Below are positions 1 to 9,004 of a stretch of 64,000 nucleotides of DNA, piece by piece. Position 1 is the stretch's first letter; each line of letters begins with the position of its first letter. Origin of the DNA: a virus; IMG/VR virus record IMGVR_UViG_3300045996_001613, positions 1 to 64,000 of that record; one strand, 5' to 3'. The notes under the pieces were generated by a model. The model was not told the DNA's origin and did not search any database. It saw nothing but the letters and a program-made list of their open reading frames with translations. A program made the position numbers and the translations under genes.

Positions 1-53
1 AAAATGATGTCGCGGCGGAAATATTCGCCATCTTCTACGAAGAATCTACTCAA
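1..53 (-). CDS. 5' end of gene after tail tube (possible tail assembly chaperone), runs off window
   Basis: GGGAGGGAG RBS, TTG start, open frame to edge; synteny only. Confidence 0.35.
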   Translation of the reverse strand, partial: MSRFFVEDGEYFRRDII

Positions 54-134
54 TGCTCTCTCCCTCCCCAGGAAGTAATCAGGTTACGAGAAGCATTGTA
101 CTCTCCTTGGTACTGTTGTCAACTTTTGCATGGA

Positions 135-168
135 GAAGGGGGAGGCGCTAAAGCGACTCCCCCTCTTC
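135..168 (-). terminator. hairpin after tail tube gene
   Basis: AGGGGGAG...CTCCCCCT inverted repeat. Confidence 0.55.
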
Positions 169-183
169 AAACGACTCCGCTAC

Positions 184-1203
184 TTAGGTAGTGGGTGCGC
201 GATACACGTCCCCATCGTTGTCGTTGGTGATCGAGATCTCCATGAAGCCCGTCCCCGACTCGGTAAGAACCGGAGCAGCCGTAACCTCGACGCCGTTCAG
301 CGTCTCGCCCGCGTCAATCTCGACGGGGGCCTCGGTGTACTGCAGCCTCTTTAGGTCCACTTCAAAGGTGAACTTGTGGATTCCGGAAATCACTCCACCC
401 TCAGCCTTCAGCCGCAGACGCACATCCTCCGGCGTGTCGAGCAGAGACCGGCGATAGTGGCCCACGATGTCAGCCGCGGGGGTGAACGTTACCTCAGGCT
501 CGATGTTGCCCTCCGGCAGGTTCTCGACCTCCTTGGAGCCCAACACGAACTGGTCGGTGACGATGTTGTTGGAGTAGTCCAACGAGTAGTCGAGCAGAGG
601 CACCGATACCTCCGACCCGGCACCCACCGTCATGAGAGCCGACACCTGATGGTAGACCCACTTCCGCGTCAGGTCCTGCGGGATACCCGCGGGCTCGGTG
701 GCGGTGGGATCGAGGAGATATCCTACACAGGCAATCGTTGCCATGAGGTAGGCGTTGGCCTCGACCGATAGGTTCATCTCGTTACCCTTGACGCCGACAA
801 ACTTGTCGATTATGTCCACGTCCGGGTCCTTGTTGATCGTCCAGATCGTAGCAGGCAGCGGCCCCGGATTACCCCCGGCAATCGGGTTCCACACGTGCTT
901 CCAGACCGTGTCCGCGAGGACTACCGTGGTCGTGGGAGGACCCAAGACCATGCTGAGGAACAGGCCGAAGCTGTCGGGCCTAGCCGCAAGCTCGATGTCA
1001 CCCTCATAGACGCGTCCACCATACTCCTGCGCCGTCGGAGCCCGAGACCCTACGGTCTCGTCCAACTCGACAGCCTCGCGACTCAGTGTCAGCCCCTCGG
1101 TCGCCACAGGCGGAGAGAGGATGTTGGTCGCGGTTCCAGCGCGAGGCGTCTTGAGAGCCCCGTCCTCCTGCAATGCCGCATATACCCTATCAGCTTTGCT
1201 CAT
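184..1203 (-). CDS. major tail tube protein
   Basis: 339 aa, acidic, beta-rich, follows head-tail genes. Confidence 0.75.
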   Translation of the reverse strand: MSKADRVYAALQEDGALKTPRAGTATNILSPPVATEGLTLSREAVELDETVGSRAPTAQEYGGRVYEGDIELAARPDSFGLFLSMVLGPPTTTVVLADTVWKHVWNPIAGGNPGPLPATIWTINKDPDVDIIDKFVGVKGNEMNLSVEANAYLMATIACVGYLLDPTATEPAGIPQDLTRKWVYHQVSALMTVGAGSEVSVPLLDYSLDYSNNIVTDQFVLGSKEVENLPEGNIEPEVTFTPAADIVGHYRRSLLDTPEDVRLRLKAEGGVISGIHKFTFEVDLKRLQYTEAPVEIDAGETLNGVEVTAAPVLTESGTGFMEISITNDNDGDVYRAPTT

Positions 1204-1213
1204 GTCTTATTCC

Positions 1214-1534
1214 TTACTCTTCCTCAGAGCCCTGCTCTGACCCTCCAGAGACCACGGCACTCTCATTGAATGCCTCCATGGACCCCTTGTCACCACGCAC
1301 CGCAGCCTTCTCGTCGTCTTCCAACGCCTCGCGCTGCTCCGCGATCTTTTCCGAGATGGACTTGTCGCCCTCGCGGGACCATCCCTCAAAGATATCGAGA
1401 TAACGTGCTGTCTCCTCGTCTACCTCTATCTCCAACCCGTTCTGCGCGTAACGACTTCCGTCGTTGTACATCGCGATAGGGTCGAACGCGAGGTTGTCGG
1501 GACCGCTGTACTTCATGCTTACTGAGTCAGCCAT
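1214..1534 (-). CDS. hypothetical acidic virion-module protein
   Basis: 106 aa, in operon. Confidence 0.55.
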   Translation of the reverse strand: MADSVSMKYSGPDNLAFDPIAMYNDGSRYAQNGLEIEVDEETARYLDIFEGWSREGDKSISEKIAEQREALEDDEKAAVRGDKGSMEAFNESAVVSGGSEQGSEEE

Positions 1535-1951
1535 TTAGATACCCTCCTCGGCTCTTACGCCGATCCTCGTACTCTTGACGAGGTTTGATTCCACAGGAAA
1601 CGGTCTCCCGCCGTTTTCCCAAAACATCCTCTCTACCAGCCCGTTAAGCCCTAGTAGATTGGCCTCAACTTCCTGCTCCAACTTACGCTTGCGTATGTCG
1701 AGCACTACGTCTTGGATCATCTTGTGCGCCCTGTACGAATTGTCGCTTGGCACATATATATCGAATGTGTAGAGGTACGTGACCTCCACTATACGGGTTG
1801 CGAACTCACTGTCCTGCGGCCAGTCGAAGGACAGAACCCCAACCGGGGAGTTCGTTGTGGGGTATACCCCAACCTCCACTTCATTCAGATGCGGAGCCTT
1901 CACGAGGAACTTCTGTAGAGCCGTCTCTATGACATCGAGGTTACCGGCCAT
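1535..1951 (-). CDS. tail terminator/completion protein
   Basis: 138 aa; synteny. Confidence 0.55.
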   Translation of the reverse strand: MAGNLDVIETALQKFLVKAPHLNEVEVGVYPTTNSPVGVLSFDWPQDSEFATRIVEVTYLYTFDIYVPSDNSYRAHKMIQDVVLDIRKRKLEQEVEANLLGLNGLVERMFWENGGRPFPVESNLVKSTRIGVRAEEGI

Positions 1952-2456
1952 TCAGCGCCCTCACGATCTCTTGGTTGATGTTCTCTCTCATCTCGTCACT
2001 CGCCTCACTTAATGAGTCTTGCATAACCGGATCAGGCTTCTGTCCCGGATGAGTAACGTATGGGAGTGTCATCCACCTACCCATTCTCTCCCAATAGAAC
2101 CGCATCGTGTACCCCCTGCGTGGCGCAATGACGCGCTCGGGTGGAGCCGTGTCCCATGCACCTGCCCCAAGTTGGGGAAGCACTCCGTGTTCTACCCGGC
2201 TGGCATTGGGCCTGCGGTTGAATACCGAGAAGGTTAGATCCCTATCCCGTACCCCCGAGGCCTCAAAGCCCTGCAAAGTGTGTCCGGTTCGATTGTGTCC
2301 TCGTCGGACCCAATTCTCCCTTACCCTACCTAGTAGGATAACACGATTTCGTTCCTGTGCGCGACGTATCGCGTCACGAAAGTCGGGAGTAGGTAGCTGC
2401 CTGCCGAATATGAATCGGGCCTCGGATTTCACCCGCGTTCTGCGTACAGTCGCCAT
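1941..2456 (-). CDS. HK97 gp10-like neck/tail completion protein
   Basis: basic; RTG, VEHG and HPGQKPDP motifs. Confidence 0.7.
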   Translation of the reverse strand: MATVRRTRVKSEARFIFGRQLPTPDFRDAIRRAQERNRVILLGRVRENWVRRGHNRTGHTLQGFEASGVRDRDLTFSVFNRRPNASRVEHGVLPQLGAGAWDTAPPERVIAPRRGYTMRFYWERMGRWMTLPYVTHPGQKPDPVMQDSLSEASDEMRENINQEIVRALNGR

Positions 2457-3113
2457 CTATCGCCGTATCCCTCTAGGTGCCTTCCATGCCCGGAGCGCCG
2501 GCATTACCTCTGGCGGAAGTCTGTCGGGCATAAGCCCGATTACCGCGGGAGCGCCACCCTGCGCGAACGCTTGGGTGTACTGTGCTATGCCCCCCTTGTA
2601 CCACAGGCTCACAGCGCGAGCCGTCTGGAAATCAATCTCCTTCGGAACTTCCAGATATCCCCATGTACCCGTAACCTTGATGGTCATAGGGTACTGCTGG
2701 AAGTATGCACTCTTGTACGGACCTTTCAGGTTGACCGTGAAGAAGTCCGAGTGCTGCTCTGGCAGAGTCCGCGGATCTATCGGCTCAGATAGCCTCAAGT
2801 ATTGCCCCTTGCGGGGGTACCGCGACTCGGGTAGCAACCTATATTCGATTGTCAAGTCTTCCTCGTCTACTACCGAGGAAATTGTGACCGACTCGTCCAA
2901 GTAGACTATTCGGTCCTTCCACACGAGGAATTCTCGTGTCTCTGCGGGGAGTGGATCGGCTATGGTGAACAGACGCTTGGTTTCATGCCGGATCGCCTCA
3001 GAAGCCGCGGGAATCAAGATGTTCCCTATGAGTTCATCTCGGTCTTCCCTTTCCTCCTGTAGTAGAGCCTTAACATTATCAAGTGTCGTCAGGTTCTCTA
3101 ATTCCTCAGCCAC
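2457..3113 (-). CDS. head-tail adaptor (gp6/gp15-like)
   Basis: LTTLDNVKALL N-terminus; VTGTWGY..VP..I motif. Confidence 0.75.
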   Translation of the reverse strand: MAEELENLTTLDNVKALLQEEREDRDELIGNILIPAASEAIRHETKRLFTIADPLPAETREFLVWKDRIVYLDESVTISSVVDEEDLTIEYRLLPESRYPRKGQYLRLSEPIDPRTLPEQHSDFFTVNLKGPYKSAYFQQYPMTIKVTGTWGYLEVPKEIDFQTARAVSLWYKGGIAQYTQAFAQGGAPAVIGLMPDRLPPEVMPALRAWKAPRGIRR

Positions 3114-3403
3114 TACCGTATCCCGTATCGGTCTTCGTATTCTGCTAGGGCGTCCGGATCAAGTGCTTCCGATAATCTGGACACCTTCTCCTGCTTAGGA
3201 GTTTGGTATCCGGTGCCCCGTACGCGCTGCTCGCGCATGATCTCCGCAAGTTGCTTGACCGTGAAGCGATTCAAGCGATCCTCCGGAGCCTCCGGCCTGT
3301 GCGCCGGGGTGCGAGCCTCTATGACCTTGGTGTCATAGAAGGCGGGTGTGACTGCATTGCAGCCACACTGCCCTCTCGGGCCTTGACAGTCGTGCCAAGA
3401 CAC
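3113..3403 (-). CDS. hypothetical protein
   Basis: GTG start just after upstream stop; C-terminal helical hairpin. Confidence 0.45.
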   Translation of the reverse strand: MSWHDCQGPRGQCGCNAVTPAFYDTKVIEARTPAHRPEAPEDRLNRFTVKQLAEIMREQRVRGTGYQTPKQEKVSRLSEALDPDALAEYEDRYGIR

Positions 3404-3407
3404 GAAA

Positions 3408-3896
3408 TTACCGGCTGGGAACTCGCTGTCCGGCCTTCGAGTCCTCCGAGGACTCTCCAGACTCGGACTCGTCCGCGTCGGTGCCCTCGTTGGTCGACTC
3501 CTGTGGAGCCTGCCTGAGAGTGTTCGCCTCTGCACCCAAACGGAACGCGGGGTTCACCGGCTCGGGCTGCACGCCCGACTCACCAGTGGGATCACTGATG
3601 TCCGTATCACCCGCGGGGGAGTTGTTGGACGCAAACGCGTCTCCGAACTTCTGCCCCTGAGAAGACGAGGCACGAAGCGACTCGTCCACGGCGCTCACAC
3701 GATCATTGGTGGCCTCCGAGACCTCCTGATCGTATGCCTCCTGATCTTCCTCGTTGGCGTACTCGGCCTTGCCCTCACTAACGAGCTTCTTGGCGCTGTC
3801 GTCCGACGCGTCCACGTACTCCAGACCGAAGGCGTAGCTCTTGGAGCCATCTTCCTTCTCGTACGGAGTGTCTACTTTTGCTAAAACTTTAGCCAT
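3408..3896 (-). CDS. acidic low-complexity protein after capsid gene
   Basis: 162 aa with AGGAG RBS. Confidence 0.6.
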   Translation of the reverse strand: MAKVLAKVDTPYEKEDGSKSYAFGLEYVDASDDSAKKLVSEGKAEYANEEDQEAYDQEVSEATNDRVSAVDESLRASSSQGQKFGDAFASNNSPAGDTDISDPTGESGVQPEPVNPAFRLGAEANTLRQAPQESTNEGTDADESESGESSEDSKAGQRVPSR

Positions 3897-3951
3897 GCTG
3901 TCTCCTAGTGGTATTGAGGGGGATGCCTCTCCCCCTCAACTACTCCCCACC

Positions 3952-5445
3952 TTATACGGTGGTGAATGTGCCCTTGACGAATGCCTGCGGACGGATGGGA
4001 GCCATGCCCAACCTCTGCTCGGCCAGCACCGCGAGCATGTTGCTCGTGAAGAAGTCCTTGTGCTGGTCGGCAACCCTCACCGATGCATCCTCGCGGTCGA
4101 GCAGGTAGATACCCTGATCGAAGGCTCCGAGGAGGAAGGCGTTCTCCCTGATGCTCGTGGTCACGCGGACATTGAGCCTCCACAGACGCTCGATCCCACC
4201 GTCGACGACAGTCACCCACACATAGTGATTGTCGGTCCCCTTGGCAAGCTCGATATCCTCCCAATCGTTCGGGTGGATGAGCAGTGCGCTCGGGGGGAAC
4301 TGGCTGATCTGCGTCTTGGTGATGGCCCGACGGATGTGGTCGAGACGCCACACACCGTTCGCGTCAGCGGTTCCGGATGCTTGGTTGGCAAGCACCTGCA
4401 CGTTGGGGTTGTTCATAATCCCCTGCAAATTGGGGGAAACACCGTTTCCGTAGAGCAACTGCAACTCGACGCTAAGGTCGAGACCGGCAAGCAGCCTGTT
4501 GTTGATCAGTCCCTGCAACTGCGGTGCGTCAGAGAGAGTCTGGCGGTGCACTACCATGTAGTGCGCAACCGTCCCAATGGGGTACGACTTCTCCGTGAAC
4601 CCGAGCAGCGAGGCTTCGGGCTTCTGGGCACCGTGAGGCGTCATGCCTATCGCGTCCGCAACGACCGGATCGTTCGCGGCATAGGCAGCGCCCGTCGCGC
4701 TAGAGATGGTGACAACCCTCGTGGTCTCGTTGATCGCGGTAATGACCTTCGCGGCACTACGGGTCTGCGGAGCCGCAGCCGTAGCAAGGAAGATCTCCTG
4801 CCCCACGAAGAGACCGGACGTGGACTTAACCGTGATCGTGGTCGCGACGTTGGTCGCGGGCGCGTCCAACTCGGTATACACGTTCGCGTATCCCAACTCC
4901 TCGATGTAGGACACCGTGTCGGAGTTGGTCTGGATCACCGGAATCAACTGACGAATGTCGTTGACACGCTCCGGCTGGCTTATGATGCCTAGATCCTGCG
5001 GCTCGATGAGATGTCCCATCTGGCCGTATCCGGGACCATCTGTCGAGGTCAGAGCCTTGCGGCTCCTGTAGGGCTCAAAGCCCTGGAATCCCACGATGTC
5101 CGACTGCCCGCGGCCACCAGAAGCGATGAACTTCTTGAATGCCTCAGACCCGACGAACTCGGCCCCGATGTTCTTGCGCTCGACCCGGCCACCGAGGACG
5201 CGACCGTCCTCCGCGTTGATCTTGTTTACCTCTGCCTTTATCTCTTCCAGAGATCCAGTCAGATCCTCAAGACGGGAGTTGTACTCACCCATCTTGTTCA
5301 CTACGGCTTCGTCAACCGTAGTCCGAACGCCATCCTTGATTTCTTGGAACTGGCGCTCCTGCTCCTTGACGACGTCCTTCATCTCACCCGAGACGCGGTT
5401 GACCTCGCCAATTATCTGATCTCTAACAGTCTCAAGACCACTCAT
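3952..5445 (-). CDS. major capsid protein, HK97 fold, with N-terminal scaffold region and E-loop insertion
   Basis: coiled-coil N-terminus; QLLYGNG, IHPNDW, LGAF, LAEQRLG..PIRPQAF motifs. Confidence 0.92.
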   Translation of the reverse strand: MSGLETVRDQIIGEVNRVSGEMKDVVKEQERQFQEIKDGVRTTVDEAVVNKMGEYNSRLEDLTGSLEEIKAEVNKINAEDGRVLGGRVERKNIGAEFVGSEAFKKFIASGGRGQSDIVGFQGFEPYRSRKALTSTDGPGYGQMGHLIEPQDLGIISQPERVNDIRQLIPVIQTNSDTVSYIEELGYANVYTELDAPATNVATTITVKSTSGLFVGQEIFLATAAAPQTRSAAKVITAINETTRVVTISSATGAAYAANDPVVADAIGMTPHGAQKPEASLLGFTEKSYPIGTVAHYMVVHRQTLSDAPQLQGLINNRLLAGLDLSVELQLLYGNGVSPNLQGIMNNPNVQVLANQASGTADANGVWRLDHIRRAITKTQISQFPPSALLIHPNDWEDIELAKGTDNHYVWVTVVDGGIERLWRLNVRVTTSIRENAFLLGAFDQGIYLLDREDASVRVADQHKDFFTSNMLAVLAEQRLGMAPIRPQAFVKGTFTTV

Positions 5446-5453
5446 ACTCTCTC

Positions 5454-6248
5454 CTACTTAATGCTCAGTCCGCTGAGTTCCTTACTCAGCAGTATTCCGT
5501 CGAGTGCCGACTGCAGGGCGTCTTCCTCTTGCTTGGTAAGTACCTGCGGGTCGTCCTCCACCACTGGCGTCTCTGGCGTCTCGGGAGTGCTCTTTACCTG
5601 CGGCTTCCGAGAGTGTGCCTTGAGTGCCCTGCGATCCTCTTCACTGCCATAGAGAAGGGTCTTGAAATCGGAGAGGATGCTAAGTGCTGCATCCAGATCT
5701 CGCTCATCAATATCCTCTAGCTCGTTGGCCCGTTCAAGAATCTGATCCTTGCCCATTGCCTTCACCGTGAGAGCCATATCGTGATACTTCGCGACCTGTG
5801 CAATTCTCGCGGCCTCGTTCGCGGGGAACATCACAGGGGAGAACTCGTAGAGCTTCACTTCCTGAATGTGCCGAGTCCACGTATCTTCCTCGTACCACGC
5901 TTTGCCCTTGGGTATCGTGAACCCTACTGAGAGGGACTTCACCACACCGTCGCGCATGTATACAAGGCGATCCTTGTTCTCCTGTGTGTCGCTGGCCTCG
6001 CCAACCACCCACAGCCCGGTCTCGTCTTCAAACATCTTGGTCGGCATCCCGAACGGATCACGATGCCCCCACAAAATGACTATTTCATTGGAGCCCGCGG
6101 GACCCCTCTCCAAGACGGTCTTGCGATAGCAGCCCTTCTCCATGATGTCGCCAACAAGATCTTCATTGCCAAACGTGCTGCAATATCCTTCAAATTGACG
6201 CTTCTGGAGATTGACCTTAACTTCCCAATCAATGTACTTTACGATCAT
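5454..6248 (-). CDS. prohead maturation protease (HK97 gp4 type)
   Basis: FEGYCSTF, LWGH, LSVGF, LYEFSPVMFPAN motifs. Confidence 0.92.
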   Translation of the reverse strand: MIVKYIDWEVKVNLQKRQFEGYCSTFGNEDLVGDIMEKGCYRKTVLERGPAGSNEIVILWGHRDPFGMPTKMFEDETGLWVVGEASDTQENKDRLVYMRDGVVKSLSVGFTIPKGKAWYEEDTWTRHIQEVKLYEFSPVMFPANEAARIAQVAKYHDMALTVKAMGKDQILERANELEDIDERDLDAALSILSDFKTLLYGSEEDRRALKAHSRKPQVKSTPETPETPVVEDDPQVLTKQEEDALQSALDGILLSKELSGLSIK

Positions 6249-6367
6249 GCTTTCCAAGGCAGAACCACCTTGCTGAAATAATGCAAAGACCTGCACGTCT
6301 CATCCCGAGACGTGCCGGGTCCATGCTCCCCATCCCCTTGTACCGTAGTACAAGACCAAGCATAGCA

Positions 6368-6387
6368 TTCGACATATTTAGTGTCAA
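6368..6387 (-). promoter_or_regulatory. part of sigma70-type promoter for protease-capsid genes (-35 box and spacer)
   Basis: TTGACA-N17-TATGCT on minus strand. Confidence 0.55.
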
Positions 6388-6407
6388 CTGCTACGTAAGG
6401 TTTTAGT

Positions 6408-6509
6408 TTACTTCTTGCGCTTGCCACGCTTTGAACGCTTGCCACCGCGTCCGCCGCCACCACGCATGCGTGCGCGACCGTAGGCAGATATCTTGCGCTT
6501 GGTCTCCAT
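6408..6509 (-). CDS. 33-aa Arg/Lys/Gly-rich protamine-like peptide
   Basis: GGGGTG RBS; METKRKISAYGRARMRGGGGRGGKRSKRGKRKK; below ORF-track cutoff. Confidence 0.6.
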   Translation of the reverse strand: METKRKISAYGRARMRGGGGRGGKRSKRGKRKK

Positions 6510-6524
6510 GTTCACCCCCTAGAA

Positions 6525-6971
6525 TTAATACAGGGACTCTTCGTGAACCTCCCCACCGGAGTAGACGTCCACACTAATAGCCATCTCTACTGCCTCACGA
6601 GGACTCATTCCGTATCGCAGTGCAGCCAACGCGGGTGCGCTTCCGGTACCGATGGCATGAAACTCTTCCCTGACAGGCACCCCTATCCCCTGCCAATCAT
6701 ACAGGTACAGCCCCGACCTTGACAAGACCAAAGCCACCATTCCCTCGTCTTCGTACCTAGGGAGGCTGTCGCGGTCAGCCCCGTCCCTAAACCACTTTAC
6801 AAACGCGGCACAGTCAAAGATCCCGCCAGTCGCCCCGATTAACGCATTGTGATTTCTGTTGTCTACCCGGTGTATCTTCCTTAGTGGGTAGGGCAGTCCA
6901 TTACCCGCGGTCCCCTGAGAGTCCGCGGCCATCTTCACCAGTGGTCTCCTCTGTGCCACGATTGTTGTCAT
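6525..6971 (-). CDS. HslV/proteasome beta-like Ntn-hydrolase
   Basis: MTTIVA...AADSQGT start; AIGTGS..ALAAL; DVYSGG. Confidence 0.8.
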   Translation of the reverse strand: MTTIVAQRRPLVKMAADSQGTAGNGLPYPLRKIHRVDNRNHNALIGATGGIFDCAAFVKWFRDGADRDSLPRYEDEGMVALVLSRSGLYLYDWQGIGVPVREEFHAIGTGSAPALAALRYGMSPREAVEMAISVDVYSGGEVHEESLY

Positions 6972-8535
6972 TCTCTCTATCCTCTCTCTTGATCTCCTCG
7001 CGTATCTTTCGCAAATACTCCTGCGCTTTCTTGCGCCGCTTCTCGGTCTCCTCATCCGTCTGCGACGTATCCGTGTTAGGCGATCCCGCGGGGTTGTCCT
7101 GATCGGGGTTGTCCGACTCCCCTCCGTCGGGTCCGCTGTTGGGATCTCCTGATCCCGCGGGCTTCGTCTCTTCCTTGATAACGTTCTCCACGCTTCGCGA
7201 AGACGCCGGCAGGAATCCAACGTCCAACCCCTCCAACTCAGCATCGTAGAACCCGAGGCGCAATCTGCGGTTGAGTGCCTTGAATGGCACACCCTGACGC
7301 CCAAGTAGCACAGTGGACTTGGCCTTCTCGTGGAAGTTCTCCTGCAGCGCGTCCACGTTCATTGTGTCGTACCACAGAAGTATGTCTCCACCGAACTCCG
7401 CGGCCAGAGAACGGTTCAAGGCAGATTGCACGCGGTCGAGAGCCGGTATCACCAGATCGGTCCAATGCACCCGGCGGATCTCCTTCATCTCGGCTCCACC
7501 GCCGGACTGAGCCCCGGCTATGCGGGGGTCGACGCCAAACAGAGCACAGATAGCCTCGCGGTTCATCTTACGGCTGTTGATGAAGTCCATCTCTACCGGG
7601 GTCAAGGACAACTGGTAGTACTTCGCATTGTTTCCGATTAGCATCGGAGTCCGGGCGTTGTCCCGACCGTAGTACTGGATACGCATCTGATCGCGCATCA
7701 TTTCAAACTCGGTCTCGTCAATCTCGTCTTGGATCGCGAACACGCCGTCGGGTGCTGCGCGATTCTCTAGCGATTGCTTCTGCCACTTCACCGCTTCCAC
7801 GTCCATGTCAATAGTCATGGCCGCGGCCTTCAATATAGAGGCACCCCAATACAGGCTCGCGGGGTCGGGCAGCATCAGGTGCACGAGGTCTTCGTTCGGT
7901 ATCTTGCGGGGCTCGCGCTCGTCGGGAACGGTCATTTCGTAGTGCTTGATGAATTTCTGCTTGTCTGGCACCGGATTGAAGATGTCAGGAGGCATCACCC
8001 ACAACTCTAGCGGTAGACCCTCGGTCCCTCCGGTGACTCTGTTGGGGGCTCTAACCTTGGTTATTATGGAGTTTCCGCCTAGAAGGACGTGCTGGAAAAT
8101 CCTCTCGATCATGGTCTGCCTGTCGAGGAACGGGTTGGGTTTTTCCACCAATAGCTCTAGCGGGTGATCCGGCTCAGGCTCTAGGAAGTCCGACTTGGTG
8201 ATTCCATGCACACTATGTATATACGCGGCACGCTCACTGTCCGTGATGCCTTTCAGTTCCCACTGGAATTTCTTCTTCGCCTCGCGGCTGGAAAATCTCG
8301 AGACTCGCCACGGAACACTCGACGCGGGAGTTGCAATGCGATCTACGCAGATCTTTACCCACTCACTACGGTTGAACCCCTCTTCGATCCCCTTCTCCGT
8401 GGTCCACTTGGTCCACTTGGGCATGCTCCATACTCGGGAGGGCACGAGGACCCCTGCCCCGACCGACTTTCGCACGAGGCTCGGGTCTCCCGCGAGTGCG
8501 CGAGTGATCAGATTGAGGAATGGATTACCGGCCAT
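6901..8535 (-). CDS. portal protein (HK97 family)
   Basis: KPNP, LLGGN, EMDFI.SR, ICALFGVDP motifs. Confidence 0.93.
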   Translation of the reverse strand: MAGNPFLNLITRALAGDPSLVRKSVGAGVLVPSRVWSMPKWTKWTTEKGIEEGFNRSEWVKICVDRIATPASSVPWRVSRFSSREAKKKFQWELKGITDSERAAYIHSVHGITKSDFLEPEPDHPLELLVEKPNPFLDRQTMIERIFQHVLLGGNSIITKVRAPNRVTGGTEGLPLELWVMPPDIFNPVPDKQKFIKHYEMTVPDEREPRKIPNEDLVHLMLPDPASLYWGASILKAAAMTIDMDVEAVKWQKQSLENRAAPDGVFAIQDEIDETEFEMMRDQMRIQYYGRDNARTPMLIGNNAKYYQLSLTPVEMDFINSRKMNREAICALFGVDPRIAGAQSGGGAEMKEIRRVHWTDLVIPALDRVQSALNRSLAAEFGGDILLWYDTMNVDALQENFHEKAKSTVLLGRQGVPFKALNRRLRLGFYDAELEGLDVGFLPASSRSVENVIKEETKPAGSGDPNSGPDGGESDNPDQDNPAGSPNTDTSQTDEETEKRRKKAQEYLRKIREEIKREDRENDNNRGTEETTGEDGRGLSGDRG

Positions 8536-8791
8536 TTCTCCCCCTCATGACATCATACTGGTCTAGTGCGTCTCGCAGCATGCCCTTCGCGTCCCACGGA
8601 GATGCATATTTGTGACCACCATCCGTCGTGTAGATGTCTACCAGTGCACGCTCTCCGTCTACGTTAATCACGTCTATTACCATTCCAACCTTGACTACTA
8701 CAGCGCCGTCCTCGGCCATACTGGTACTTGCAGCCACTGCTTCTGCGGTGTCATGGATCAGTTCACCGATGCTTTGCGGACTCTCTTCCAT
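8525..8791 (-). CDS. hypothetical protein
   Basis: GGAGG RBS before MEESPQ. Confidence 0.55.
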   Translation of the reverse strand: MEESPQSIGELIHDTAEAVAASTSMAEDGAVVVKVGMVIDVINVDGERALVDIYTTDGGHKYASPWDAKGMLRDALDQYDVMRGRNGR

Positions 8792-9003
8792 TACACTGCC
8801 TCCATCCTCCTGTCGGGCATCTGATCCCAACAAATATCGCATAGCCAAATGGCTTTGCCTTCCTTATTCATCCCAACGGGTCCCCACCCGTACTTCTCTA
8901 TGCAATGCAATATTGCATATAATTCTGACTTGCCTTGGTGGGTCTCAGTGTGACCACACTTATTGCAACTCAGTGTAACAGTTGGTCTTGTTCTTTTCGC
9001 CAC
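8791..9003 (-). CDS. small Zn-finger protein
   Basis: CxxC...CxxC. Confidence 0.5.
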   Translation of the reverse strand: MAKRTRPTVTLSCNKCGHTETHQGKSELYAILHCIEKYGWGPVGMNKEGKAIWLCDICWDQMPDRRMEAV

Positions 9004-9004
9004 G

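Noticed and set aside
3841-4992. Long antisense ORFs, also 40926-41858 and 14648-15406
   Set aside because: Shadow frames of well-supported genes in GC-rich DNA
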